Shown here: positions 23,732 through 36,635 of the stretch, in pieces
Numbering within the stretch: the stretch's first letter is position 1
Layout of the letters: each line of letters begins with the position of its first letter
Origin: Vicugna vicugna
Lineage: Eukaryota
Length of the DNA stretch: 64,000 nt
Assembly: GCA_013265495.1 (NCBI GenBank)
Contig: MU059829.1
Coordinates: 2,976,001 to 3,040,000 of the forward strand
Direction: 5' to 3'
Made by a program: the position numbers and the translations under genes
Notes under the pieces: model-generated
The model's database searches: none
What the model was told of the DNA's origin: nothing
Seen by the model: only the letters and a program-made list of their open reading frames with translations

Positions 23732-26244
23732 TTCCACAAAATCCACTTCACTTGCAGGGTTAGCTGGTTCCTCTCATGCTCCTTGCCTGAGGCACCTGGC
23801 TGGCCGAGCTGTCACCACTGGGGCCTTCCTCTTAGTACTTGGCACAGTTGAGTTTGCCAGCAGGGGTGGTGTGTGCTCATCCAGAACCTGGTTGTGTGTT
23901 TGTGCCAGAACTATTTCTGTCAGTGTCATTTGTCATCATAATTATGTAATTTAATAAAATATATTATAAACCGGATATATGAGTTTTTTAAAAGGGAATT
24001 ATTGTGTCTATAGAAAAATAACTAAAAATGAAAATTACTGCCAAATTAGCTGTAGGCAAGATGACTGCAAAAAATGGAAAAAACTTCTTGATGAACAGAA
24101 GGATTATGCGCTCAGATAGCATTCTGGGGTTCTTACTTTATAGTCACCGAAAGCTGAAAGTTTCAGGTGATGATTGACGAGTTGGCTTTGCAAAACACTG
24201 TGTTCCCTGTGGACTAACACTCAAAGGAAAGAGTGTTAGCTCTAGAGCTGAAGTTGGGAAACTTAGGTGCATTTTCACCTTCGGAATTAAAATAAACTGG
24301 TTAAAAGAAGCACAGGCACTTTTTAAAAATAGCTTCACTCTTGAACTGATTGTTTTAATTAAAGGAAAATAAGAGGCTAAGAGATGGTTTTTTTGTGTCA
24401 CTTCCCTGCACATGGCATTTCCTTTGAAGGAAGCGTCGAGACCAACGTGGCAGCATATGCCAGATGAGATGTTCCGGGCTCAACTCTGCAGAGGCTGGCC
24501 CACATCTCCTGGTCCAGCACAGGGCCTGTCCCCCCTCCGGCTCCAGCCTTTAGGTGGGAAGCGGGCGATAAGGCACTCAGCGGTGCTCTGTAGATTTGGG
24601 CCCTGCGACAGCACCAGGCTAACTGGTAGACCCGCGGGAACAGCGTGTGCTCAGTCTGTTCAGTTCGCTCCAGGCCCGGAGCTCTGCCACATGCAGACGC
24701 GCCCAGAGCCTCCAGGTGTGCTCTGACCTGAGACTCAGCCAGCCTTCCCCAGGTTCCTCCACATGGCTCTCCCACACCCAGCAAAGAAAGGAAAGACTAG
24801 CTCATTTTGAAAATGATATGTGGGTTGTCTGAGTTTATGAGAATTGAGTCCTTCTCCTAAACTCTCCCTGTGTTCATGACTAATTCCTATTTTTTAATTT
24901 AATTTCTTTTACATTGCAGATTTAGGCCTTTGTTTTCTCTGGATTTTTTGAATGTATGTGCCCTACTTCCTGTCATTTTTCCCGGAGACACACATATATG
25001 CGTACACTCACACTTAACTTTTACACACGCATCTGACATTTGCATTTGGTCCAAGACAAAAAAGTTTCATCTGGATACCAAATATTTATCTTTCCGGACT
25101 CCACTGTAAATTCTTACATCATTTCATAAAGCTTTATATTTCTTTTGTATCTAAATTTTGGTTAACAATATGATTTTCTTTTTTCTTTTTTTAAAATTTT
25201 TTCATACATTTTGGTTTATAATGTATTAGTTTCTGTTGTACAGAATAATGATTCAGTTAAATCCGTCCCTACAAAGTGCAGTATACGGTTCAGTAAAACT
25301 GGAGACAAATACTAAAATACCTTGCGACGGATGCTGTGTTCAGTGATGGTTGAGTGTGTACATGTGTGTGGCGTGTGGTGTAAAGAGAAACATGAGTAGG
25401 TGGTAACACTGCTTCCTGCTGACACCCACCACTAACACAAATGAGACCTGATCACAGCCATTTCTGCCTGAAGGATGCTGTGTACTCAGCCCCTCCCTGC
25501 AGTGACACTGACTTTTCACATCACTAATCCAAGTTCAGTCCTACTTCTGTATGACAATTGTAGGCTGTCACGGGTGAAACAAAGCTGTCAGTTTCAGACA
25601 CAAGAGCAAGTTCTGATTTTTAACACCGACGCTGTCAGGATGGAGGCTGTCATTTCTGGGGATGAGAATGAAAATAAATATATAATTACATCTATGAAAT
25701 ATGCATTGGTTATTAAACATGGGTTACTCCTTAGAGACGAGTCATTTTCAGGACCCTCAAGGGTCACCAGAGAGATGTGGACAGGCCCTCATTGGGGTCC
25801 TTATTTTTCCAGCTGGGCTTCTGTACTTGGGGACTGGAGAGCTGGCCACTACAGACTGGGGGGCGAACCAAGGAAGGACCCAGAATCACTGTACCCCACT
25901 CTTTTAAAACCACTCCTGATGTAGCTCCCTTATAGCCACACAAGTCTTCCATAGTCTGAATCAGGAGGCTCTAGAAATAGACTAAATTTTAAAAAATATA
26001 TACTCTTAAACATTGATAAACATGACTTTACAGGGTTTTCAGTTGATAAAGAACATGCACAGAGAAGTGATGCTTTCCATTGCTGAGTGAGTCTGAATGA
26101 AGGGCTGTTTTCTGATAGGAAAAGTGTTTTAAGTACCTTTTATTGGGTTTTAGTAGGATTTGAGTGTTATTAATAGTTCCACGAGTGCTAATTGTGCTTT
26201 CACGTTGTTAAAATAAAGGGGGCTTCAGTCTTCAGTGGCATTAA

Positions 26245-27260
26245 TTTATCCCTTCAATGAATATTTGTTGAGTTCTGACTATGTACTACCCTCTTCTAGG
26301 TTCTGGGGATACAACGGTAAACAAAACAGATAAACTCACTGTCCTCAGAGGGTTTATATTCCAGCTTAGGGAGGGGGAAGCAGCAGAAACCAAACAAGGA
26401 AATCTAGTGTATCAGATGGTCGTAAGGGCTCTGGAGTGAAATAAAGCTGACTGTGGGGTGCTAGGATTCGGTGTTGGTCCTTTATATACAGTGCTTTATA
26501 TACTTTATATACAGTGATCAGCAAAGCCCTCATTAATGAAGTAACATGGGAGGAGAGACCTGAAAGAAGCAAGGGGCCAGCTACACAGCTCAGTGGAGGA
26601 GGAATGCACCAGGAAGAGGGGACGGAATGTGCAAAGGTCCTGGGGCATCATGTGCTTGGCAAGTTCATGGTACACTAAGAAGGGCAAAGACTGAGACAGG
26701 TGGAAGCAGAGGGAGACTCAAGATCAAGGTGATGACTGTTGCATGGGAAGGACCAGATCCTTTTTGGTATTATGGATGAATATAAGGATTTGGGCTTCTA
26801 CTTGTGATACAGAATCATTTGAAGAGTTTGGAAAAGGAGTGACATGATGTGTGTTACACCTTCACAGGAGCACGCTAGTTTTGTTGAGAATACACTCTAG
26901 GGAACAGGAGGAAGCAAGGAAAAAGGTAGAAAGATGAGCAAGGAAGCTATTATAGTAATCAAGACAGCAGTGGACGTGGGGCAGGTGATGAGAAACGCCC
27001 ATCTCACCTGTGCATGTTGAGGTAGAGCTGGTTTTCCCAGCGGGTAAGCAGAGGATGAAGTGAGGCAAGGTTGACTCAAAGGTTTTGGGGCTAATATACT
27101 GAAGGATGGGGCATTTTTCTGAAGGGAAATAGAGTGGTGGGGGCATGCTTGGAGGTAGGAGTGGGGAGAGAGTCAGATGGCTGTGAGACATGTGGAAGGA
27201 GTAGTCAGTGGGGATAAGAGTTTCAATTCCAGGGGAGATGCCTGGACTGGAGGTGCTGTA
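26245..27260 (-). mobile_element. L2a-like LINE, about 1 kb of the 3' portion, antisense
   Basis: tcaatgaatatttgttgagttctgactatgtact...ttctggggatacaacggtaaacaaaacagataaa...agacctgaaagaagcaagggg...tgtgcaaaggtcctggggc...ggagtgacatgatgtg. Confidence 0.88.
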
Positions 27261-27384
27261 ACAGACATTCAGAGTCAGGGCAAGAAGTGGTGGTGAGACA
27301 CCTCTACAGAATGACCCACATTTGTTCTTTCAGTGTCTGTCTCTCTCTCTCTCTGTCCCTCTGCCTCTCTCTCCCCCCAACCAA

Positions 27385-27800
27385 TACTTCAGTATTTATT
27401 TCCTAGGAACAAAATCAGTATCTTACAGTGACTACCCTATAATTTTCAAATTCAGGACATTTAATATTTTCATCGAATAGCATCATATCAAATTTCGAAC
27501 ATTACCCATGGTTGTTTCAGCAATGTGCTCTTCGCTGTATTCCCCCCTGACCTCAGAGCTGCCCCAGGCTCACACAGGGCAGGTCTCCTTTTATCTGGAA
27601 TAGTTCCTTCTCCTCTGCCTGGCACATGGGTGTTCTGGAAGAGTTCAGGCTATCACACGCCCCTCTGTCTGTAGTTGCATCACAGAACGCCCCTCCCCCA
27701 CTAGCTCATGTTAACCTGGTTACTGTGGTCAGTCTCAACTCCTGACTTGGATTGGTGTTACCGGTCAAAGGCTGGGCTCAGCCTGCACTTCACAAAAGAG
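27385..27800 (-). mobile_element. L1MC/L1MD-like 3' UTR fragment
   Basis: tcagtatttatttcctaggaacaaaatcagtatcttacagtgactac...ttttcaaattcaggacatttaat...ctccttttatctggaatagttcct...ctggaagagttcaggc. Confidence 0.6.
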
Positions 27801-28419
27801 ATGCCAGATTTGCACCCTGGGGGCACCAAAGCTTCACCAGAAGAGGCAGAACAGAGCCGCTGAAACATTAGGACAAACTCACACCGCCTGGCCTTAAATT
27901 GGGAATAATTGTAGAGGATGATGTACAGTTATCCAGATATTAATTTTTTTCCCACTTCATGCCCAAGGCAGGGGCACACACACCAAATTAGGTCAGAGAG
28001 GAGTGAGGCCAGCCCTCGGGGAGAGATAAGGGCAGGTGGCAGGGCAGTAAAGAAAAGACTGATGACAGTGGTCGTTATCCATGGAAAACATTCCCTCCCA
28101 CCTGCCAGGCTGCAAGCCCTGTTTAAGAGAAGTGCTAATGAGGTGTGAAAACTAGGCAGATTAGGGCCCTTGGAGTGTGACTTTGGCAGGAACCTAGAAA
28201 GTTACTCATTTTTAGTGGTTTCCTAACTGCTATTTTGGGCAGTCCTACTGAGTATCAGGGAAACAAATTCACACATTATGAAATGTTACTTCTCCCCTGA
28301 ATCTCAACTACTAAACCACCAGATTTTTATTTACATTTCAAAGGGAAATAATTATTATATGAATAGGTACAATTTTCCCTTAGTTTCAAATAAGGTACTT
28401 AATATATTTTTTAATTGAA

Positions 28420-28980
28420 CAGACTTTTGTTTTGATTTTTTATTACAAAGCAGTGCAAACATAGAAAAAGTTGGAAAATACAAATAAAAACAAACCGTTT
28501 AATAAAAATCTCTATTTTTACAATGTAAAGAAATTTGCAGTTAATATCTAGGCAAATAGTCTTGCTTTTTCTATGTACGTGTACGTGCGATCTTTTTCTA
28601 ATATGACAGAATACTCTATAACTGTTCTGTTGTTTGTTTTTCATTTCATATGTTGTGAATATCTTTCTGTGTTGATAAACATTCTGCCAAATACATTTTC
28701 CTGGCTGAAGAGCTTTCCGTTTTGCAGCTACACCACAATTAACTTAATCCACTTCAGGTTTCGTTGGGAGTGGATATCTCCAGTCCACTACTACTACTGT
28801 ACTGAAAATGTTGTAAATATCATTATTGCTAGTATTTTTAAACAAGATTTTAAAATTATTTCTTCAGGATGCACTTTGATATGTAGAATTTATAAATCAA
28901 GAAGTAAAGGAAGACATATGTTGAAGATGATAGTCTTTGTACCCAAATTGCCGGATACACACTTACCCGTTCATTCCTCT
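28420..28980 (-). mobile_element. L1ME-like 3' UTR fragment
   Basis: aaacatagaaaaagttggaaaatacaaa...tcatatgttgtgaatatctttctgtgttgataaa...cttaatccacttc...tatgtagaatttataaatcaagaagta. Confidence 0.5.
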
Positions 28981-31744
28981 CAGAGGAACGTCATTTTAAT
29001 GGACCTCTTTCTTTCAGTATGTATTTAATTTTTTTCCTTAAAATAACCTAACTTTGTCTCTATAATCAGATACCACAAGAAGCCTCTATCTCTTTTGCAA
29101 AGTAAAATAAACTCTCACAGTCTGGTCTCATAGGCTGTGTCTGTCTGAGGTCTCCCTGCCCTGTCTGCAAGTGCAGGGGTTCACCAGCTTCACATGGCTT
29201 CTGTCCTCCCCCAGGACCTCCCTCCTCCCCCGTCATCTGCCAGTCGGGGTCTCCCTTTGTGTCTCGCCAAGTCCTTCCCTTCCTCCGAGAGCAGGAGGCA
29301 GACCTGTTCAGCTTCTACCAGCCTGGCTGCCAAACCTGTCCCTCAGTGAGGGCAGGTGTCCCCTCCGAGGCTGTCAACGCCAGCTCCTAAGGGAACACGT
29401 GTGTGTGCATCTGTGTTCACCATGTTGTTGTAGCTTCCAGAGACAAACGCCTCCTCTACACTGCTCCGTCACCGGTCGACGAGGGCTTCTGACGCTCACC
29501 GCCACTGATCTGTGCACCGCCCCTGCTCGGCGGCATCAGGGAGTTAGTTAACGCTGGCCGCTTCGTCTCTCGTCGCTGATCTCACCATTCAGACTGGTAC
29601 ATGGCTTCAGAACAGAAGCTTCACAATTTAACGCTGTAACATTTGCTGGGTTTCCCTCAGTCACAAGAAGGAGACAGAGAGGAACACAGGCTGGGAGAGA
29701 AGTGATTCGTCTTTTCCTTAAGGGACTGAGCATCAGAAACCCTGGAGGCATTCCCAGGGAAATAGGGGCTTCTCCTGAGGCTTCGCTGCAACCACCTACA
29801 TCCTGTCTCCTTTTGTTCCTCCCTCAGCTGCGCTGGCTGTCAGTTCAGTCCTAACCTCCCACGCTTACCCTTCTCACCCTCTCTTCCTCCTCCTCCTCCT
29901 CTTCTCACTGACGGGGGAGGACCATGGACGTTCAGAGGCGCCTTGTTGGTGCCATCTCGTCTTCCTACTGCCCTGCGTTAAGATGAAACACCTGCCCCTG
30001 GGCCTTATCAGACCCTCTTCTGACTCCCGTCTCCATGGTCCAGGCCTCACACCAGCACGTTTCAGAGCTCCACCCAACTCAGGGCCAGCTGGCGTCAAAA
30101 CCTACGCTTTCAGCGGCACCGATCACAGACAACTGCTGTTAATACTGTTGTTTAAATTCCCCAAGAGCAACGGTTCTGAAATTGTAGCTGCGTACTGTCC
30201 ACCTGGAGAGTTTACTAGGCCACAGCTCACTGTCTCCACCCGCAGAGCTTCTGGGGCAGTGGGGCTGGGCTGGGCCTGAACTGTGGGGAATTTCGGTTCT
30301 AGGTTCCTGGGTGCTCCTGCGGCTGGTTTAGAGCTCTCCCTTAGAGACAAAGTCAGAGGCTCTGAGGACACTTGTTTCAGATGCTTGTTTCCAGTCATTT
30401 TTGCAGCAAGGGCCATTAAGACATTCCCTTCTCCAGCAGGAGGGTCATCGCTGCCTCCTTTCCTGTGAGCAGACCCACAGTCCCTCAGGACTGCTGATCG
30501 GTGCCCAAATACGGATCCAGTCAGGCTGATTGCCTTAACTGCTGTCCGGCTGACTTAACTAATCAAGCTGCTTGACCTGGTGATTGAATTAATTGTATTA
30601 GTGACCCTGTGGTTTGGCTCCTCCCTCCCTCTCCGGCAGGTGGATGAGCAGCGCAGGATGCTGCAGCCTGGTGCGGAAGCACCTGCAGGGTCTACAGGGT
30701 GTCCCTCAGCGCGAGCCCCACACCCGCTGTCTGGCCTTTCCCCTCTTTTTTCCTCCCCTCCAGACTCCTTGGCTCCTGTTGAGATCCTCTCCTTGTCCTT
30801 GCCGTGCTGCTGTTCCTCAGTGCCGGCCGGCCCACCGTGACCGCGAGGGCTTTCACGGAGCTTCTGGTTCTCACACAGCAGAGCTCTAAGTGCGGCCTCT
30901 TCCTGACTGAGTCGTTATCTGGGACTCGGATGAGTCGTAAGCAGACCTCACTCTCCTTTGTGCCCTTAAATGGCCACATCCACAGCTGGTTTTTTTTTTT
31001 TTAACTCTGTGCTACATTCTGAATAGTTTCTTAAGGTCTATTTTTGCATGTATTAATTTTGGTTTTTATCATTCCTATTCCTCATCTGTTTTTTTTTAAT
31101 TTCAGCTGTTCCATTTTTTAATCTAGAGAAGCACGCTGTATTTTTAATGTATATATGTCATTTCTAGGGGCTCTGCCGGGTTGGTTTAAAAGCCTGTTTG
31201 AATTGCTTGTTACTTCCTATTCAAAGGTCACGTCAGCTTTTCTCTGAGTCATAGGTGCACTTAAACATGCACCCACACCCAGGTCTCTGCAGGCCTGCCT
31301 GGTAATCTGGGACTCACTGCTGGCCCTGCCTTTGCTGAGTCCTCATCCCATGCTGGGAGTTCCTTTTTCTCTTTGTGGTGACTCACGTTCCTTGGATCGC
31401 TGGGGGTTCTGTGAGGCTCCCATGAGAGCTGTGTTCCCCCAGAGCGGACGTGGGCTTGCTTCTGCTGGTTTCCTATGGTCACTGCTAAAGAAAATCCTGA
31501 AATTCTGATTTCACCTTAAGATCTGTAGGGACACCCGGGTTCCATGGACTTAGGTTATGAACCCATATGAATGCTGACTTTGAGTTATCGATCTTGGCAA
31601 TGATTTATTTTTCTTAACACACAAAACCAAGGCCGAAAAGGGCAAGATTTAAAAAAGAATTTTTTCCAGCCCCTTTTTATGGTGGGTTTATTCTTTGTCA
31701 AATCTTTTACTGAGAGTGACTCTTTGGGGGGGGTCTCATATATC

Positions 31745-32030
31745 ATCTATGTCTATAACTGTATTATATATAAAGAATATATAATACTCTAAAATAGAAT
31801 ATATATTTAATTTTATTATGTATTATATGTAATATACTATATATAACTCTATATGTAGTCTATTATCTGTAATATGAAGACTTTAATATACATACCTGAG
31901 TATATATATACAGATAATGCATACATAATCATATATGTGTGTATACAAACAATACAAATACTGTGTTATACAAATCATGTGCGTGTGCAAATAATGTGTC
32001 ATGTGCATATACACACACAAATACTATATG
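31745..32030. repeat. AT-rich (TA/TG) low-complexity tract
   Basis: Dense tatata/ataata/tacata repeats over about 280 bp. Confidence 0.8.
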
Positions 32031-34220
32031 GATAGGTTGATCTGTCTGTGTGAGCTCAGAGGTTCCATCTTGGGTGGCCCAGGCTTTACCTGCTGTCTCC
32101 TGTGTCCTGACAGCAGTTACAGTGGGAAGTTCTGGGCTGACCCTGTTAGGAAGTTCCCATCTAGGGGACTGCTTATCTCCCAGTGTTTCTGGTCTCACCT
32201 CATTTTTCTCAGGTATTCATTCAGTGTTTATGTTTCTTACTTAATGCGAACGTGTGTGTTTGTGCGTATGGCTTATGTCCTGAAACCTGACTGAAATGAG
32301 CTCTACCAAGAACAGGAAAATCAGGACAGTCTGAGGGAGAGGTTGGCAGAGCACACACACCCACGTGGCCGTCACACTGGTGCGCTGTTGTGCAGCAGTG
32401 GGGGTGGCTGGAGCCTGACTGGTGGAGAGGGAAATGCTGATCTCAGGTATTTTAGCTCATAATCTATTCCCAGTACCTGCCTTCCTTTTACAAGAAAAAG
32501 ATGCATTCGGAGTTCTAACCTGAGTATAAAGACTAGTAACCTCTCAGGGATCTTGTGATGGCTTTTGGAGACATTTCATAGCAGAGACATAAATCATGAT
32601 TCCAAAAAAGGGTTTCCTCCATGTCCTGTGCTCCTTTATTTTGTACTGAAATAAACAAGTTTACCCCAATGACCAACTTACCCTTTGCCTTAACAAGTGT
32701 ATACACATCCTGCCAGAAAAAGACGAGTCGCACAAAGCCGCTTAATAATACAGGAGGAGATCTCTGGGCTTCCAGAAGAACCAGATTTTTATTCCTGCTT
32801 CTGAGATCTGCTTGGTTGAAGTTGTTACAGGAGGTGGTGAATGAAGTGCCCCCACTGAGGGTTCTGGGTTCCATTGTTAGCAACTCATTGTTTATCCATC
32901 TGGAGGAGAGAGCTAGTAATTGCTAACACTTACTACCCTGGATTTGTGTAGGGATTAATGAGTCACACAGAAGAAGCCAAATGGAAAGTCTGAAAGAGGC
33001 AATTTATGCCAGGAAAGTGATTACCCATCTTGTGTTAAATGTGCATTTCTGAGAAGCAGTCCGTCTGAGAGCCTTCTGCAATGACCGAATCCAACTTTCC
33101 TTCAGCCTCTCTGGGGGGGCCGGGGGGCTGATTAATGACACATTTCAAGGCCACGATTCACACACACACAAAACTGTAGGTACTGGAAACAAAACGGAAT
33201 TTAGAAAGATGCCAAGCTTAGTATTTGATGAATCCAGCAAACCGTGGTTCACATTAAGCATTGAATACTGAGAGCATTTACAATTTTTACAAAAGCTAAC
33301 AACATAACACTTCCATGAGTCAACCCCCTCTCGGTCCCTCCGCCTCCCCCTGCTGACAGGCTGTGTGTCCTCGCCATCAGGTCATGGCTACGTGTGCTTT
33401 GTTCTGACCAAGAGCCTTTTTCCTGTCTGCTAACTTTCTATTCTAGAGAGAAATATTCTTTCTAGACCCAGAATGTGCATTTTGCTTCTGCTTCTCTAAG
33501 ACACCATGCAAGAGAAACCTACAGGGTCTTGACACTTTCCAGAAGCGACACTGGAGGGAGATACAAATATTTTTTTCCATGATTTTTCTAGTCCAGTATG
33601 TTTGAAGATGGATGTATTTTATTCTCCAAAAATGTTTGGGGTCCTGCCATCAGTACCATCACATCTCCAGGGCTCAGAGTTTCAAGGTCAGTTTGGGTGG
33701 GTGTGGCCTAAGGCAAGGACTTTTCTCTCAGCGGGAAGCCAACACTGATGTTCTTGATCTGACTTGCCCAGAGAAAACTCACATTGGGATTGGAGAACTG
33801 GCTCAAATGGATAACATTCTTCCCTGTGTATTGTCTGTGGTATGTCTGATTGAATGATTGGACTTGATCTATCGATGTTTAAAACCCCAAGTTCTGAAAA
33901 CCAAGATTTTTAACCATGGGCTCTTGAAGTCTGGTGAAATACAGGGAGTGAAGCAGCAGTTAACATCAGGGAGTTACTGAATGAGACCCACTCTGCTTGG
34001 CCTTAAGTCCTTGCTCCTTGGTTCAGTGAGATTATGTAATTTATTCAGGTTAGCAAGGTGAGTTGACGTTTGGATTCAGACCTCAAGTTGCCAGAACTCA
34101 GAGCAACCCTGTGAAGTGTGTGTGAGGACCTCCGTCCTCACGTTATAGGGGGAGGAGTCTCAGACACGTGTCGTTTCTGAAATTTCCCCACAAAGCACAC
34201 AGGTCACAAGTGGGACAACC

Positions 34221-34605
34221 TGTTTTCAGTTAGGATGCTTCTGATGGCAAATCACGTGGCTTAAAAAAATATATCATGTAGCTCAAAAACTAGCATAAAC
34301 AACAGAGAAAATATATTATCACAAGGTTCGAGACATGAGGAAGTGGGGTATTTTTGAGGTCTGTTATTGAGGGACCCAATAGCATCGTCAGCGACCGTCT
34401 CTCCCACCCTCATGGGTGAGCTAATCCCATTGCAGCTGCACGGCTGCTCCAGGCCTCACATCTCCACTTGCACCAATGACCAAGACTAGGAAGAACGTCC
34501 CTGTGTTGTGTTTCTTCCCCCCATAAGGGAAAGAATGTTTCCTCCAAAGACTTCTCTGACATTTTATGGACAATGTTAAATCATGTGTACTTCCGTCAAG
34601 AACAG
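34221..34605. mobile_element. Old MaLR LTR (MLT1K/L-like), preceded by MIR fragments at about 33950-34220
   Basis: tgttttcagttaggatgcttctgatggcaaat...ctcaaaaactagcataaacaacagagaaaatatattat matches the MLT1 start; ctccaggcctcacatc and ccaaagacttctctgacattttatggacaa are internal motifs. Confidence 0.6.
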
Positions 34606-35079
34606 CTGTGATATATTTTTTCAACTTCGTTACATTAGTTTTCTCTACTGAGGACTTTAAAGAAGAAGCTTGCTAAATTTTCTCCTGGTAATAATGAGAA
34701 CAACAATAACAAAATTTGAATGAAAAATACTTGCATTCTTACATAGTGAGAAATTAATGGTGAATTTACCCACGATTATAGAATCAATATTCTCTCCCTA
34801 AGTGTGCAGTCTATAACTTGAAGGCTACTGAGCTGTGGTTTGGAAGGGCAGGAAGAGGCACTTGGTCTACCATAGATGAAGCCAGATTATCTTTGGATCA
34901 GGGGAGAGTTCAAGTTTTAAAGATAGATTAAGTATTTCGGGTCACTTGTTTACCTGTCAATGTCTAAGGCAGAAAAGCTCCAACTCGCTTCAAGATAAAT
35001 CCTTTTAGAGTCCTTTGTATATCCAAGAGCTGTACCCAGAACATTTCTCTTACATTTTCTCCCTCCACCTGAGGACTTC

Positions 35080-35330
35080 AGTCTTTCATTATTCATCCTG
35101 AACTGAACATGCTGAAATCACCAGTGATCCCCAGTGTTGCCAAACCAGTGGATATGTTTTCGTCTTCTGTTTACTTGGCTTCTTATCATTGTTCTAAACA
35201 GTTTTCATCCTGAAAAATTCTCTTGTCTGGGCTCCCCTGACACTACAGGCTGCCTTCTTGTGTGCTCCTTCTCGGCTACTTGCTGTTTTATCTGCCTATT
35301 CGTGACCTCAAGATGATCAAGCCACTCCAG
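35080..35330 (+). mobile_element. L2 body fragment
   Basis: ctgaaatcaccagtgatccccagtgttgccaaaccagtggatatgttttcgtcttctgtttacttggcttctt...tgggctcccctgacactac. Confidence 0.7.
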
Positions 35331-35364
35331 ACCCAGCTGTAAGCTGGCTTCTGGTGTTTCTCAA

Positions 35365-35730
35365 ATCAGTCACCTGCTAAGCTGTGTTGTTTTCCTGGTC
35401 CCTATGCAGATTCTGGGCATGAAACAGTGAACAAGACAGAAAATCCTCTGCCACAAGGGGCTTGCACTATGTAGGAAGAGTCCCAAGTAAATAACTCATA
35501 TAATTTCTGAGAGTGTTAAGCACTATCAAGAAAGGAAAACGGGCACTGGGGTAGAGAATGGTGTGGAGAGGTGGCTGCCTTAGCTAGAGTGGTCATGGCA
35601 GACTTCTCTGGGGAGGGGACATTGGGCGGATCTTGTGCTGAGGCAGCAGTGGTATGAAGAAGTGGCTGTAGCGTATTTCAGGCAGAAGGAGCGGTGTGCT
35701 TGCGTTGTTCAAGGGTGAGACCGAGTGATC
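35365..35730 (-). mobile_element. L2 3' end fragment, antisense
   Basis: gcagattctgggcatgaaacagtgaacaagacagaaaatcctctgcc...gagagtgttaagcactatcaagaaa...gtggtcatggcagacttctctggggagggg...ttcaggcagaaggagcgg. Confidence 0.75.
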
Positions 35731-35789
35731 CAGTCTCTTTCTAAACCATGTCAATGGCTTCCATGATGTTAACCATCGCCTCTGTGACA

Positions 35790-36635
35790 GGTCTCTTGTT
35801 TCTCTAATACACCACTTCTCCTGATCCAGGCACGTAAATCCAGCAGGCTAGTTGGCCTGTCCACTGGGCTGTCTATTGGCATCTTCAACATAACAGATTG
35901 AAAATGGAGTGTTTTGCCTTCTGATCTTAATCTGTTGTCCCCCTGCATCCACACCACCGTAAACAGTAGGTCAGACAGAGAACTCCGTTTTCCCCAGTCA
36001 CAAAGTCAGTTCCACTTCATCTCCAACACAACGAACATCTGTACGCTTCCGTCCATCTCCCGGTCACCCGCTGGTCCAAGCCACCACCTCCGTGTGTCTG
36101 GACCACGTGACAGTTTCCTCCCTCTGTCTGCCCAGCCCTCTGGGAGTGGCCAAGTGAAGAATTTAACCTAAGCTGGACCTTCTCCTCTAAGCGTCTTTGG
36201 GAGTTCCTTTGTGGTTCCTGTTTCCTCTCCAGCTGCAGTGAAATGGACCACGTGGCCTTCTTTGTTTGGTTCTTTGTATGCCCCCATATCTTCCTAAGGG
36301 GCTTTGCTTTGGCAGTTTACTGACCAAGAGGGGTGTGATGTTCACTCTGCTTTTGGCTAACTCATCCCACCCTTTAAGTTCCAGCTCAGGTGTCATTTGC
36401 CTTCAGGGGCCAGCCCTGATCCTGTCCTAAATCCTCCCTACCCTCTATCCATTACTCTCTAACGCTGCTCAGGTTTTCCTCCACAGCACCCATTCCAGTT
36501 TGCCACCACGAGCACTGCTCTGGGGTTTGTTTGCTTGAGGTCTTCTAGTTAAACCTCCCGGAGGCTGACACCCAGGCTACCTGTGCTGGGCAATCAGTCA
36601 GTATGCTGCTGAATGGGTGGTGAATGGCTGAATGG
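35790..36635 (+). mobile_element. L2 3' portion, sense
   Basis: cctgatccaggcacgtaaatccagc...tccactgggctgtctattggcatcttcaac...ctggtccaagccaccacctcc...ctaactcatcccaccctttaagttccagctcaggtgtca...ctgaatgggtggtgaatggctgaatgg. Confidence 0.75.
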
